Assembly: GCA_964592485.1 (NCBI GenBank)
Contig: CAZQEY010000010.1
Location: forward strand, 1-50,753
From: an uncultured Planctomycetales bacterium
Lineage (GTDB): Bacteria > Omnitrophota > Gorgyraeia > Gygaellales > JAHJCI01
Reading direction: 5' to 3'
DNA length: 50,753 bases
Positions 18,670-28,627 of the stretch are shown here, piece after piece. The position numbers were made by a program, and so were the translations under genes. The stretch's first letter is position 1; the number at the start of each line of letters is the position of its first letter. Below the pieces are notes generated by a model, which saw nothing but the letters and a program-made list of their open reading frames with translations, was not told the DNA's origin and searched no databases.

Positions 18670-20619
18670 TTAGGTCTGTTCTGCTTTTTTTTGTGCCTGG
18701 TACCTGCTGATAATCTCATTGGCTATTTTGGCAGGAACCTGTTCATAGTGGGAAAATTTCATTGTGTAGCTACCGCGACCACCGGTAATTGAACGCAGGT
18801 CATTGGCGTAGGTAAATATCTGAGCAAGGGGAACCTGGGCTTTTACTACCTGGTTTTTTCCTTTTACCTCCATTCCCATTACTCGTCCGCGGCGGGAATT
18901 AAGGTCGCCGGAGATTTGGCCTAAATATTCCTCAGGAATGAATACCTCTACATCCATTATTGGCTCAAGAAGGACCGGGCCGGCCTCCAGCACCGCCTTT
19001 CTTAAAGCCATCGAGCCGGCAATCTGAAAAGCCATATCTGAAGAATCTACCTCGTGGTAAGAGCCGTCATAAAGCTTAACCTGTATATCAACTAACTGGC
19101 ATCCGGCTAAAACCCCTTCAGACATTGCCTGCCTTACTCCCTTTTCTACAGAGGGAATAAAGTTGCGCGGTATAGCTCCGCCGACAATCTTATCCACAAA
19201 CTCAAATTCCTTACCTCGCTCAAGAGGACTTACCTCAATCCAGCAGTCACCGTATTGACCACGGCCACCTGATTGACGCTTGTATTTACCCTGGACACTA
19301 GCGGTCTTGGTGATTGTTTCTTTATAGGCAACCTTGGGTGTGCCTAAATCAACCTGAACATTAAATCTTTTTTTTAACCGATTAATCATTACATCTAAAT
19401 GCTGGTCTCCCATCCCGGAAATAATCAGTTCCCTGGTCTGCTGGTCGCGCGATACCTTAAAGGTAAGATCCTCAGCCACGAGCTTAGCCAATGCCTGGGA
19501 AATCTTTTCCTCGTCCTGGCGCGAATGTGGCTTTACTGAAGCAGAGATCATTGTCTCGGGGAAATCTATGGATTTAAAGATTACCGGATGTTTCGCTTCA
19601 GCCAACGAGTCTTGTGTCTTGGTCTGTTTTAACTTCGGTATTGCCACTATATCTCCGCAAACAGCTTGCTCTACAGGCCTTTGCTCCTTTCCCTGAACTA
19701 TATAAATCTGCGTAAAACGCTCTGTTATTTTCTGAGTAGCATTATAGAAGCTGCTACCAGTTGAGAGTTTACCAGAAAAAACACGCAATAAACTTAATTG
19801 ACCGACATAAGGGTCAAAGATGCTCTTAAAGACAAAGGCAGAAAATGGCGCATCGGCACTGAACTTAATCTCCCCCTCAACCTCTAAAGGTGTCCTTTGC
19901 TCAGGCGAAGCCAAACAGTCCTTAATAGCCTTTAGCAACTCCTTGATGCCTGCGTCTTGAGCGGCCGAGCCTGAGATTATAGGAAAGATTTTTGCCTCAA
20001 CTACTGCCCGGCCCAAACCAGAAGCCACCTCCTGAGGGTTTAGTTTTCCTTCGGCAAGATATTTCTCCAGGAGCTTATCATCGGCCTCAGCGACTAATTC
20101 GATTAATTCCTCAGAATTCTGCTGGCCCAAAAGAACTGCCTTTTTGGACAGTGCTGATTTTATGTCCGCAACTGCTTTATCAACATCGGCCCCCTCTTTA
20201 TCGGTCTTATTGATAAAGATAATCCGCGGGAGTCTTAATTCTTCTAAAAGGGCCCAGGCTTTTTCTGTGCCCACTTCAACCCCAGCTGTTGCATCAACCA
20301 CAAGAATAGCATTATCAACTGCACGGATTCCCGAGACGACCTCACCAAAGAAATCGGCATAGCCAGGGGTATCGATTATCTGGATATTTATACCCTCATA
20401 ATCGCAATAAAGCAAACTGGAATTGATTGAGTGCCTCTTTTCAATCTCATCCCAGCTATAATCACTTACAGTATTGCCCTCCGTAATGCTGCCCTTGCGG
20501 CTAGTGGCACCGCAGGTAAAAAGCAAACACTCGGAAAGCAAGGTCTTTCCCGACTGGGCATGACCAAGGAGAATAATTGTTCGTTTATCCTGAACAGGCA
20601 TTTTAACCGTTTGTCCCAT
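18670..20619 (-). CDS. EF-G-like translational GTPase paralog; G3 motif is DTPGY (catalytic His replaced by Tyr)
   Basis: G1 GHAQSGKT, G3 DTPGYADF (canonical DTPGHVDF), G4 NKTD. EF-G domains II-V are recognisable. 649 aa. Confidence 0.85.
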   Translation of the reverse strand: MGQTVKMPVQDKRTIILLGHAQSGKTLLSECLLFTCGATSRKGSITEGNTVSDYSWDEIEKRHSINSSLLYCDYEGINIQIIDTPGYADFFGEVVSGIRAVDNAILVVDATAGVEVGTEKAWALLEELRLPRIIFINKTDKEGADVDKAVADIKSALSKKAVLLGQQNSEELIELVAEADDKLLEKYLAEGKLNPQEVASGLGRAVVEAKIFPIISGSAAQDAGIKELLKAIKDCLASPEQRTPLEVEGEIKFSADAPFSAFVFKSIFDPYVGQLSLLRVFSGKLSTGSSFYNATQKITERFTQIYIVQGKEQRPVEQAVCGDIVAIPKLKQTKTQDSLAEAKHPVIFKSIDFPETMISASVKPHSRQDEEKISQALAKLVAEDLTFKVSRDQQTRELIISGMGDQHLDVMINRLKKRFNVQVDLGTPKVAYKETITKTASVQGKYKRQSGGRGQYGDCWIEVSPLERGKEFEFVDKIVGGAIPRNFIPSVEKGVRQAMSEGVLAGCQLVDIQVKLYDGSYHEVDSSDMAFQIAGSMALRKAVLEAGPVLLEPIMDVEVFIPEEYLGQISGDLNSRRGRVMGMEVKGKNQVVKAQVPLAQIFTYANDLRSITGGRGSYTMKFSHYEQVPAKIANEIISRYQAQKKAEQT

Positions 20620-20817
20620 TAGAAATATTTATTCTGTCTTTTGGCAGAATGGTTTTTTTAAACAGCATTTATTCTGGGAACAAAATACTCTAGAGATAAA
20701 GGATAGATTATTATGGTATGAAATATTATACGAAGGAAGGTGGGGTGCGTCAAGAAAAATTCATCTCAAGCTTATATTATTTGTAACCAACCGTTGTAGT
20801 ATTTTTACAATTGATAA

Positions 20818-21840
20818 CTAAAATCTATATTTCACAACTGCGGAAGCTATCCAAAAGCAGGAAGTTATTCTATCGTCTACATCAGAAGTTACGCCGACAT
20901 AGGGGCCTGCGTAATAGGATTGGTGCTGGGTGCCGTCCGTATCAATATCCGTGAATTCGCCGCTTATTTGCAGTACCCAGTTAGGCAGGAATTGCCAATT
21001 AGCATCTACATTGACAATATAGGCATCTCCATCGCAGTCTCCCTCAGAAAGTTTATATCTTAAAATATGGTCGTCTCTATCTTCGGCATTAGCCGAAGGA
21101 CTATAGCCAAATCTCAAATTCAACTGAAATTTATCCCCGAATAAGACATTGGTATTGAAACCAAAATAGGGAATCTTGTATTCTACCTCATAATCAAGTG
21201 TATTGCCCGTAACATATGTGGTGTAATCGCCGGCATACGGACCATAACCGACCTGATTCGTATCGCTAATCTCGTATTCAAATTTTTGATACCTGTATCC
21301 TACCATCGGGCCGATACTTATATTCTCGGCAGGATAAAAACTAAACACATAGTTTATGTCAATTATATCAACATCCGCATCTGCTTCTGATTCCGAATAA
21401 ATATCCAACCCGGGGTGAGTGGTGCCGTAATAGTAAATGTCATAAGCATCATTCAACCAGTCAGAATCTTTCATTTCTCCTGCGTCATTAGTAATATCGG
21501 TAAACCACCCTAAAGTTAATCTGGCCCTGTCTTGCTTTTCATTATAGGGATTTTTATAAGCTAAGGCTGCCTCAACGCCTAATAAAAAATTATCTAAAGG
21601 AAACTCTAACTCGCTCTCTCCTTCATAAATGACAGCTTCAGTAAAATTTATATGGTAGGTTGTATCTCCTCTGATATACCCTGTCTGCAATCCCAAGGTA
21701 GCGCGCATATTCCCCATCCAGTCTAATTCTTCTTCGGTGAAGATATTTCGCAAATCTGCAAAAAGAGAACTCTCTTGAGCAAATAAAAGAGTAGGAAAAA
21801 TTAGAAACAAACCAAGAATACAGATTACTTTAGACCTCAT
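20818..21840 (-). CDS. Outer-membrane beta-barrel protein
   Basis: Signal peptide MRSKVICILGLFLIFPTLLFAQ. Rich in alternating Y/G/T/D. C-terminal ...VKYRF with a terminal Phe. Confidence 0.6.
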   Translation of the reverse strand: MRSKVICILGLFLIFPTLLFAQESSLFADLRNIFTEEELDWMGNMRATLGLQTGYIRGDTTYHINFTEAVIYEGESELEFPLDNFLLGVEAALAYKNPYNEKQDRARLTLGWFTDITNDAGEMKDSDWLNDAYDIYYYGTTHPGLDIYSESEADADVDIIDINYVFSFYPAENISIGPMVGYRYQKFEYEISDTNQVGYGPYAGDYTTYVTGNTLDYEVEYKIPYFGFNTNVLFGDKFQLNLRFGYSPSANAEDRDDHILRYKLSEGDCDGDAYIVNVDANWQFLPNWVLQISGEFTDIDTDGTQHQSYYAGPYVGVTSDVDDRITSCFWIASAVVKYRF

Positions 21841-21854
21841 TTTATTCTCTCTAC

Positions 21855-23036
21855 CTATTCTAAATATGTATAGATTTTGCCGCGGAAATTTCGCAGGACG
21901 TATTTGCCCTTTGCCTGAGACAGGAGGTAATTCGGCCCAACGGGAATCTTTCCCCCTCCACCCGGGCCATCAATCACATAGATAGGGACTGCGTATCCTG
22001 AGGTATGTCCGCGCAGTTTCTCAATAATATTTATCCCTGCGGCAACTGGTGTACGGAAGTGCTGGGTTCCTTTCACCGGGTCACACTGATAGATATAGTA
22101 GGGACGAACGCGTATCTTTAAGAGTTCGTGCATAAGTTTTTTCATAATAAAAGGCCGGTCATTTATCCCTTTTAGAAGTACAGTCTGACTTCCTAAAGGA
22201 AAACCATTATCAGTAAACATATCGCAGGCAATCCGGCAACGCTTGGTAATCTCTTTGGGATGGTTAAAATGAATGCTTATCCAGATTGGGCTATACTTCT
22301 TCAGCATCAAAATTAAGCCTTCGGTTATCCGCTGAGGCAGGGTTACTGGAAGGCGGGTGCCAATCCTTAAAAACTCCACATGAGAAATGCTACGGATCTT
22401 CTTGATTAATTCCTCTAAAACATTATCCTTAAGCATTAAAGGGTCCCCGCCGGAAATTAGCACATCGCGAATCTTACGATTAGCTTTTATGTATTCAATA
22501 GCCTCATTACAGTTATTATTAGCATTTGTTCTTTTATTCTCACCTACCAGCCTTCTTCTTGTGCAGTGACGACAATACATTGCGCACTGCTCAGTAGCCA
22601 GAAGAAGTACACGGTCAGGATAGCGGTGAACAAGATGAGGCGCAGGAGAATCACGGTCTTCTGCGCAAGGGTCGACCATCTCATGCGGACCAATCTGTGA
22701 CTCGTAGATAGTAGGAACGGACTGGCGCCTAATTGGACAGCGAGCATCTTCAGGGTCGATAAGGGTGAGCCAGTAAGGAGTAATTGCCATGCACATCCTG
22801 CCACGAGCCTTCTTTATCCCTTCTGTCTCTTCGGGGGTAAGTTTTATAATCTGACTTAGTTGTTCAATGGTTGTAATTCGATTCTTTGCCTGCCAATGCC
22901 AATCCTCCCAATCTAAGGGATTGACATCCTTAAACAATCCTATCTGCTGATAATCTAACTGCGCCCTTCTTCTTATTGAAACTACTGGCGCAGTAAGCAC
23001 ACTCCCCGGCATCTTTTGAGTCTGGACTTCCATCAT
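21855..23036 (-). CDS. kamA: Lysine 2,3-aminomutase family radical SAM enzyme (KamA/AblA-like; EpmB not excluded)
   Basis: CAMYCRHCTRRR cluster typical of the KamA family; 393 aa. Confidence 0.8.
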   Translation of the reverse strand: MMEVQTQKMPGSVLTAPVVSIRRRAQLDYQQIGLFKDVNPLDWEDWHWQAKNRITTIEQLSQIIKLTPEETEGIKKARGRMCMAITPYWLTLIDPEDARCPIRRQSVPTIYESQIGPHEMVDPCAEDRDSPAPHLVHRYPDRVLLLATEQCAMYCRHCTRRRLVGENKRTNANNNCNEAIEYIKANRKIRDVLISGGDPLMLKDNVLEELIKKIRSISHVEFLRIGTRLPVTLPQRITEGLILMLKKYSPIWISIHFNHPKEITKRCRIACDMFTDNGFPLGSQTVLLKGINDRPFIMKKLMHELLKIRVRPYYIYQCDPVKGTQHFRTPVAAGINIIEKLRGHTSGYAVPIYVIDGPGGGGKIPVGPNYLLSQAKGKYVLRNFRGKIYTYLE

Positions 23037-23119
23037 AGATATAGCCTGCTATTTTTAAAACACCTCACAGTAAATTATCCAACTTCTCAAGCTAAATGAA
23101 CTCTTGAGAAAATCACAAA

Positions 23120-24109
23120 TTACAGGTTATAACGCTTAAATGCGCTCTGTAATATCTTATCAAGCATCTGGGGATAACTGATGCCTAAAACCTTAGGAAT
23201 CAGCATAAATACATCCTCAGTAGCCAAACAAGGCAAAGGGTTAAGCTCTAAGACATAAGGGTTATCCTGTTCGTCCACGCGAAAATCCACCCTGCCAAAA
23301 TCAAGACAGTCAACTGCCTGGTAAGCACGAAGCGCTATCTGTTTAAGTTTATCCTCCAATTCTTTGCTGATTGGAGCAGGGCAAATGTATTCTAATGCGG
23401 GTGAGGTAATATGTGCAAAGGTATAAAATTTCTCTCCCAAATCCAACTGGCCTTCAATTTTTACCTGCACGGGAGGAAACGCCTCAGGGGCATCATTTCC
23501 CACAATTGCCACAGTAAATTCCTTCCCCTTGACAAACTCCTCTACTAATGCGGGCTGTCGATAGGTAGTGATTATATAATCGACCCTCTTAATTAAATCT
23601 CGGTGATTATGTATCCGCGCATTTTCATCAATACCCTTGGAAGAGCCTTCAAAGCGAGGCTTCACCATAAGGGGAAATTTAAAATGATTGGTATTAATTA
23701 AAGAATCTGTCCGCTTAACCTCAATAAATTTAGGCGTAGGAATCCCCTCAGCAAGAAATACCTTTTTAGCCATTAGTTTATCCAGTGTAAGCGCCTGAGT
23801 TAAGCCGTCTGAACCAACAAAAGGAATACCCTTCATCTCCAGAATAACCGGAACCTGTGATTCACGATTTCTCCCACTTAAGCCTTCTGAGATATTAAAG
23901 ACGATATCCACACCTAGATTCACCAGATTGTCAAGGAGTAAAGAGACATTGCCAATTCTTTTCACCCGATACCCCAGGGATTCGATTGCCTGGGTAATCA
24001 GGTCTATCGTAGCCGGGTGGTCAAACTCAGCATTAGCATCGTCTGGATCGTCTTCTTTTAACTGATAATCGGTCTTTAAATCGTAGGTTAATCCAATAGT
24101 CTTGCTCAT
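23120..24109 (-). CDS. D-alanine--D-alanine ligase-like ATP-grasp ligase
   Basis: ATP-grasp fold motifs: ...MVKPRFEGSSKGI..., ...ELNPLP.... Immediately downstream of kamA. Confidence 0.6.
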   Translation of the reverse strand: MSKTIGLTYDLKTDYQLKEDDPDDANAEFDHPATIDLITQAIESLGYRVKRIGNVSLLLDNLVNLGVDIVFNISEGLSGRNRESQVPVILEMKGIPFVGSDGLTQALTLDKLMAKKVFLAEGIPTPKFIEVKRTDSLINTNHFKFPLMVKPRFEGSSKGIDENARIHNHRDLIKRVDYIITTYRQPALVEEFVKGKEFTVAIVGNDAPEAFPPVQVKIEGQLDLGEKFYTFAHITSPALEYICPAPISKELEDKLKQIALRAYQAVDCLDFGRVDFRVDEQDNPYVLELNPLPCLATEDVFMLIPKVLGISYPQMLDKILQSAFKRYNL

Positions 24110-24366
24110 ATAGAAAAAAAGGGATAGTCGCTCTATCCCTTAACTTTAATTCTCCTGGTTTTTCTCAATTTTATTTTCCTTTTCTCAAGAAGATTTATTT
24201 CGCCAAGGTTTTTTAAAAAACCTCGTCGATATCTTCGAGAGTTTTATTCCTCCTTAAAAATTTTTAGAATTTTTTATTCTTATTTAATTTTTATCACAAA
24301 AAAATATATTGTCAAGAAAAATTTATAAAATTTTTCAAAATCTGCAATAAAAATAAAAAGATTTGA

Positions 24367-25116
24367 TTAAAAAATATCCTCAACCAGTTCAATCTCACCC
24401 CAACTTGCGAGATTATTGCCCAAGATTATTACTACGCCTGATACTCCCATAATATTTCTGGCAAACTCAATTGCTTTATTAAAATCATTTTTTGATTTAA
24501 CTAAATTGCAGGTTGCCGTAGCCACAGCATCAGCTAAGGCAGCATCTTTAGCTATAATTACCACGCTATCCGCATTGCCAAAGCTTAACGAATGCCCAAA
24601 GGTAGCCGAAGAGGTGCAAATCCCACAAGGAGTCTGGGATGGCCTAATCAATAAGGTTAGCTTGTCAGAGAATTTTGAATCTCCTGCAAAGATTAAAACC
24701 TTGCGATTCTTTCTCTGTCTGGTTAGAAAAATGTCACCACCATTTTCAATGATTAGTTCGTTATATCCTTTGTTTAATAAATCCTCGGCGAGCAGCTGGG
24801 CGATACTTCCGGCGACTGCCGCCATTGGACCAACATTGGTGAGCTTGCCGGCCTGTGACATTCGTTTAATTATCAAAGGAGAATCTAACTCTACATTTAT
24901 TGGTTTAAGAGATGCGAGAAAAGACCTATCCTTTGCAATATAGTTCTTGATATCCTGACGGTAATTTAAAATCTGCTGTTTCAGCCATGTTTTATTCGGG
25001 GTTTTATCGCTGAGAATCTCCAAGTCTGTTTCCTCAACAGAGATATGAGTTCTAATGAGATCGCCTGCTTTTATTCCTCGACGATAAAAGCGTTTTTGAT
25101 AACTATCTTGTTTCAT
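24367..25116 (-). CDS. Hypothetical protein (possibly UPF0280/ApbE-like)
   Basis: No diagnostic motif recognised. GPMAAVAGSIA and CGIC segments. Downstream of hypE. Confidence 0.4.
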   Translation of the reverse strand: MKQDSYQKRFYRRGIKAGDLIRTHISVEETDLEILSDKTPNKTWLKQQILNYRQDIKNYIAKDRSFLASLKPINVELDSPLIIKRMSQAGKLTNVGPMAAVAGSIAQLLAEDLLNKGYNELIIENGGDIFLTRQRKNRKVLIFAGDSKFSDKLTLLIRPSQTPCGICTSSATFGHSLSFGNADSVVIIAKDAALADAVATATCNLVKSKNDFNKAIEFARNIMGVSGVVIILGNNLASWGEIELVEDIF

Positions 25117-25227
25117 TGTTTAAACCTAAACCAGAACCGGTGTCCCACCGCGCAGGTGGGGCGGGAATGTAGCATCGTAGACGGGATGGGAAAGGGATAG
25201 ATTTGAGCAATATGATAATATAATAAT

Positions 25228-26346
25228 TTAACAAATACGAGGCAAGGGTTCAGAGGTCAACATATCAAGGATGCGGTCTGTACCCAATGTGGTTTTAAGC
25301 AACACCATACCCCGAGGCTTAGAGACTATCCTGCCTATAATTCGGGCAAATCTTCCGAGCTTCTGCCGCTTAAGATATTTTAAGACACTGTCCGCCGAAT
25401 CAGATTTAACTACCAGAACTGCCTTTCCTTCATTAGCAATGTATAAAGGGTCAATCCCCAATAATTCACTCGCTGCCTTTATCCGACTGGCAATGGGAAT
25501 CTTTGCCTCGTGGACAACAATGCCCAAATTAGCGGCCCGGGCAATTTCATTCAAGGTTGTCGCCAATCCTCCGCGGGTAGGGTCGCGCATAAATTTTATC
25601 CCGCACCTTCTTGCCTTACTGCTATTTTTCCCTCGAGAAGGTGCGGGATTTATTGCCTCATCTTTTAATAAGGGAATCAACAGCTTATCCAGGCTAGCGC
25701 AATCGCTCTTAATATTTAGACCAAAATCCATTCCCTTGCGCTGGGTTAATATGCTTAATCCGTGTTCAGCAATCCTTCCTGTGATGATAATCTTGTCGCC
25801 GACTTCGATATTTTTTATTTTAAAATCCCTGATAACCCTGCCTATACCTGTAGTATTGATAAACAACTTATCGCAGGCTCCCCTCTCTACCACCTTTATA
25901 TCGCCGGTAATAACCTTAACCTGAGAACTCTTAGAGGCAGAAGAGATGGCATTAACCACGCGCTCTAATAATGAATAATCCAGCCCCTCCTCAATAATTA
26001 AGGCCAGGGACAGATAAAGGGGCAAGGCGCCAGAAACTACCAGATCATTTATCGTGCCAGAAACAGCAAGTTTACCAATATCCCCACCGAGGAAAAATAG
26101 GGGATGGACTACAAAGGAATCGGTAGTAAATGCTATTGCCTTATCCCAAACCTTTGGATATCTATAGAGGACTCCGCCACGTGGAAGGGTGAGAGAATTA
26201 TCTTTAAAGTCAATAACTGCGCTATCAGTTAATTTATTTAGCAGCGAATTACTGAATTTGGGCAGGATTAGATCTCTGATTAAATTATGCGTTAACTGAC
26301 CACCGCTTCCATGAGCTAATAGAATCTTCGAATTTTGTTTTATCAT
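25228..26346 (-). CDS. hypE: Hydrogenase maturation protein HypE (carbamoyl dehydratase), with a 17-codon in-frame insertion
   Basis: N-terminal LAHGSGGQL and C-terminal LPRIC. 372 aa versus ~336 aa. The insertion SAPSRGKNSSKARRCG sits where E. coli HypE has no counterpart. Confidence 0.9.
   Translation of the reverse strand: MIKQNSKILLAHGSGGQLTHNLIRDLILPKFSNSLLNKLTDSAVIDFKDNSLTLPRGGVLYRYPKVWDKAIAFTTDSFVVHPLFFLGGDIGKLAVSGTINDLVVSGALPLYLSLALIIEEGLDYSLLERVVNAISSASKSSQVKVITGDIKVVERGACDKLFINTTGIGRVIRDFKIKNIEVGDKIIITGRIAEHGLSILTQRKGMDFGLNIKSDCASLDKLLIPLLKDEAINPAPSRGKNSSKARRCGIKFMRDPTRGGLATTLNEIARAANLGIVVHEAKIPIASRIKAASELLGIDPLYIANEGKAVLVVKSDSADSVLKYLKRQKLGRFARIIGRIVSKPRGMVLLKTTLGTDRILDMLTSEPLPRIC
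25599..25649. repeat. 51 bp palindromic element (ATCCCGCACCTTCT...AGAAGGTGCGGGAT) inserted in-frame within hypE
   Basis: 14 bp perfect arms with a 23 nt loop. Length is divisible by 3. Same core as the elements at 32420, 35554 and 49829. Confidence 0.8.
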
Positions 26347-26372
26347 TTTTAATGTCGCACTTTCAATTACGA

Positions 26373-26410
26373 GTATCTAGTTATCTAGTATCGAGTATCC
26401 AGTATCAATT
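26373..26410. repeat. Tandem heptamers (TATCNAG x5) in the leader immediately upstream of hypE
   Basis: GAGTATCTAG TTATCTAG TATCGAG TATCCAG TATCAAT. Confidence 0.6.
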
Positions 26411-26444
26411 ATAAAACTTTGTGTCCTTAACTTAGCCAGAATAA

Positions 26445-27452
26445 TCAATTACCTTTGTCCTTCGGCTTCTTAAAAAGGTCTAAGAATCTATCTTCGTATT
26501 CCTTATAAATACTCCACTTATCCAATTCTTGCTTTAATTCATTTGCTTTGCTGATATCCTTTTTGGCTAACTCAAAGAACTTCTCAATCTTTTCTTTTAC
26601 TGAACGGGGCAGGCGGGTTAATTGGGTTAAGGACTTCTTTATCTTTTCAATTTCTATATCACTAATCGGACCCAATCCGCCCGCGCCAGGCAGACCGATA
26701 CCTTCCTTAAGATAATCGACGAGTTTATTAATCTCCCCTTCAATAAACTGGGCCTGGTTTTTTAAATCATTTAAATCCAGGGATAGATTTAAAATCTTTT
26801 TTAATCTTTCTAATATTGCGAATACTGCTTTGGGATTCTCAATTTGAATCGTATATATGGGAATCTCACCCAGAAGGCAGAACCCAGAAAAGCCCTTTTT
26901 TTTGGCCAATCCCAAGAATAAACCATTCATCCCGCTAATCTCTCCTTCACTCATCATCTTAAGATCATAACTCTGCAGAAGCTTAAACAATTCTTTATTG
27001 GTAGCGGTAAGCCAAACACCTGGTTGCTGGATATGGTCGATTGGTACAGGCATTGCCGCAAAACTGACAACCAATTTAACCTTATATAAACGCGCTACCT
27101 CCAAAATATCATCTACATAATCAGCTGCTCTGGATAAATCAGGCTGAGTATTGCTAAGGAAGATTATTAAATCATTGACCATTGTTCTTGGGCCGATTTT
27201 TGTATCGGGATTCCTCCAATAATAAAAATAATTTTGCGGTAATTCTTTGCTACTTAATATTCCGTTCTTTATAATACTTGATGTCGGATAGAAGTAATCA
27301 GTGCTAGTCAAATAAGCAAATTTCTCTGATTTTAATTTCTCTACCAGATAACTTGCGCTTCTTAAAGCGACCTCGCCCATCCCCGGCCAGGCAACAATAA
27401 GAATTGGATTTAAAAGATGCGGCTTTTTAAAATACTTAATACTTTTCTGCAT
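26445..27452 (-). CDS. PAC2-family (proteasome assembly chaperone-like) protein with a C-terminal coiled coil
   Basis: N-terminal ILIVAWPGMGEVALRSASYLVEKL resembles the PAC2 G-rich motif. GGGAGGA SD. Confidence 0.55.
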   Translation of the reverse strand: MQKSIKYFKKPHLLNPILIVAWPGMGEVALRSASYLVEKLKSEKFAYLTSTDYFYPTSSIIKNGILSSKELPQNYFYYWRNPDTKIGPRTMVNDLIIFLSNTQPDLSRAADYVDDILEVARLYKVKLVVSFAAMPVPIDHIQQPGVWLTATNKELFKLLQSYDLKMMSEGEISGMNGLFLGLAKKKGFSGFCLLGEIPIYTIQIENPKAVFAILERLKKILNLSLDLNDLKNQAQFIEGEINKLVDYLKEGIGLPGAGGLGPISDIEIEKIKKSLTQLTRLPRSVKEKIEKFFELAKKDISKANELKQELDKWSIYKEYEDRFLDLFKKPKDKGN

Positions 27453-27478
27453 AGGTTCCTCCCATTAATTGAACTCCG

Positions 27479-28627
27479 TTAAAGAGAATTCTCTAACGGC
27501 CTGAATCTAAAGTTTTTAAGAAACCCCTCCAGCACCTTAGCGCCCTTATAAAGATAATCGATCTTGATATACTCATTGCTGCTATGCGCACAACCTGAAC
27601 AGCTAAATCCGGTAGCAACTGCAGGAATATTCTTGTTTTGGAAAAAGGTAATTACCGTTGCCCCCTCACAGCCGGCTATCCTTGGCTTTGCTTTTAAAAA
27701 ACTATGCATTGCCTTTTTTAAATACTCCACCAAGGGATGACGGCAATCAATCTGCGTTGGTGGCTGGACTGCTTCAATCTCGATTTTAAATCTCCTGGCA
27801 TAACCCTTGATAATCTTTCTTATATCCTGAATAATCTTGGAAGCAGACATCCCGGGCAAGAATCTTAAATCTAACTCAAACTCACACCAATCAGCAACAA
27901 CATTAACCTTATCTCCGCCGGATATCTTGCCAATATTTATTGTCGGCGGGCGAAGATAGGGATTCTTTTTATAAATAAACTTGTGCGACTTTATTTCTGA
28001 TAAAGCTTTTAACGCCGCATCAATGGCATTTATTCCCTGCCAGGGATAGGCTCCGTGGGCAGACTTTCCTTTAATCTTTACCTTAAGATGAATTAAGCCT
28101 TTTTGCACAACTACAATCTTAAATTCATCTGCATCTAGAATCAGGCCAGCCTGCGGTTTTAATATTCCCTTATCAAGCAGAGGAATAAGGCCGAGGCTTG
28201 AACCGGTCTCTTCATCAGCCGTAGCAGCAAGAATTAAATTATAATCCAAGATGTGTCTTTGTTCAACAAGGCTCTTGATTACCTCTAAGAGCAGTGCCAG
28301 ATTTCCTTTATCATCTGAAGCGCCCCGGCCATAGATACGACCATGCTGCAGCACTGCCCTGAAAGGCGGAAACCTCCAATTATTGCCTGCCGGAACAGTA
28401 TCCAGATGGGGACTTACCAAGAGATTACAATGCCTATTCCTTCCCTTTAAGGTCGCTACCACATTGCTGCGATTCTTTTTAAACTCATAGATTTTTGGCT
28501 TAAGCCCTAGATTCTCTAAATACCTTTTTACAAAACAGGCAATTCGGTATTCATTTCCTGGCGGATTCTCCGAAGGGATACGGATTAACTGCTGTGTTAA
28601 TTTAATCAAATGCTTTTTATCAATCAT
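27479..28627 (-). CDS. M20-family metallohydrolase (ArgE/DapE-like)
   Basis: HLDTVP and GASDDKG motifs. Start overlaps the upstream stop (ATGA). Confidence 0.85.
   Translation of the reverse strand: MIDKKHLIKLTQQLIRIPSENPPGNEYRIACFVKRYLENLGLKPKIYEFKKNRSNVVATLKGRNRHCNLLVSPHLDTVPAGNNWRFPPFRAVLQHGRIYGRGASDDKGNLALLLEVIKSLVEQRHILDYNLILAATADEETGSSLGLIPLLDKGILKPQAGLILDADEFKIVVVQKGLIHLKVKIKGKSAHGAYPWQGINAIDAALKALSEIKSHKFIYKKNPYLRPPTINIGKISGGDKVNVVADWCEFELDLRFLPGMSASKIIQDIRKIIKGYARRFKIEIEAVQPPTQIDCRHPLVEYLKKAMHSFLKAKPRIAGCEGATVITFFQNKNIPAVATGFSCSGCAHSSNEYIKIDYLYKGAKVLEGFLKNFRFRPLENSL

Noticed and set aside
24290-24345. Sigma70-like promoter (TTGTCA ... TATAAAAT) in the AT-rich spacer upstream of the ddl-like gene
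   Set aside because: Spacer length does not fit 17±1. Many alternative hexamers exist in such AT-rich DNA. Not supportable without TSS data.
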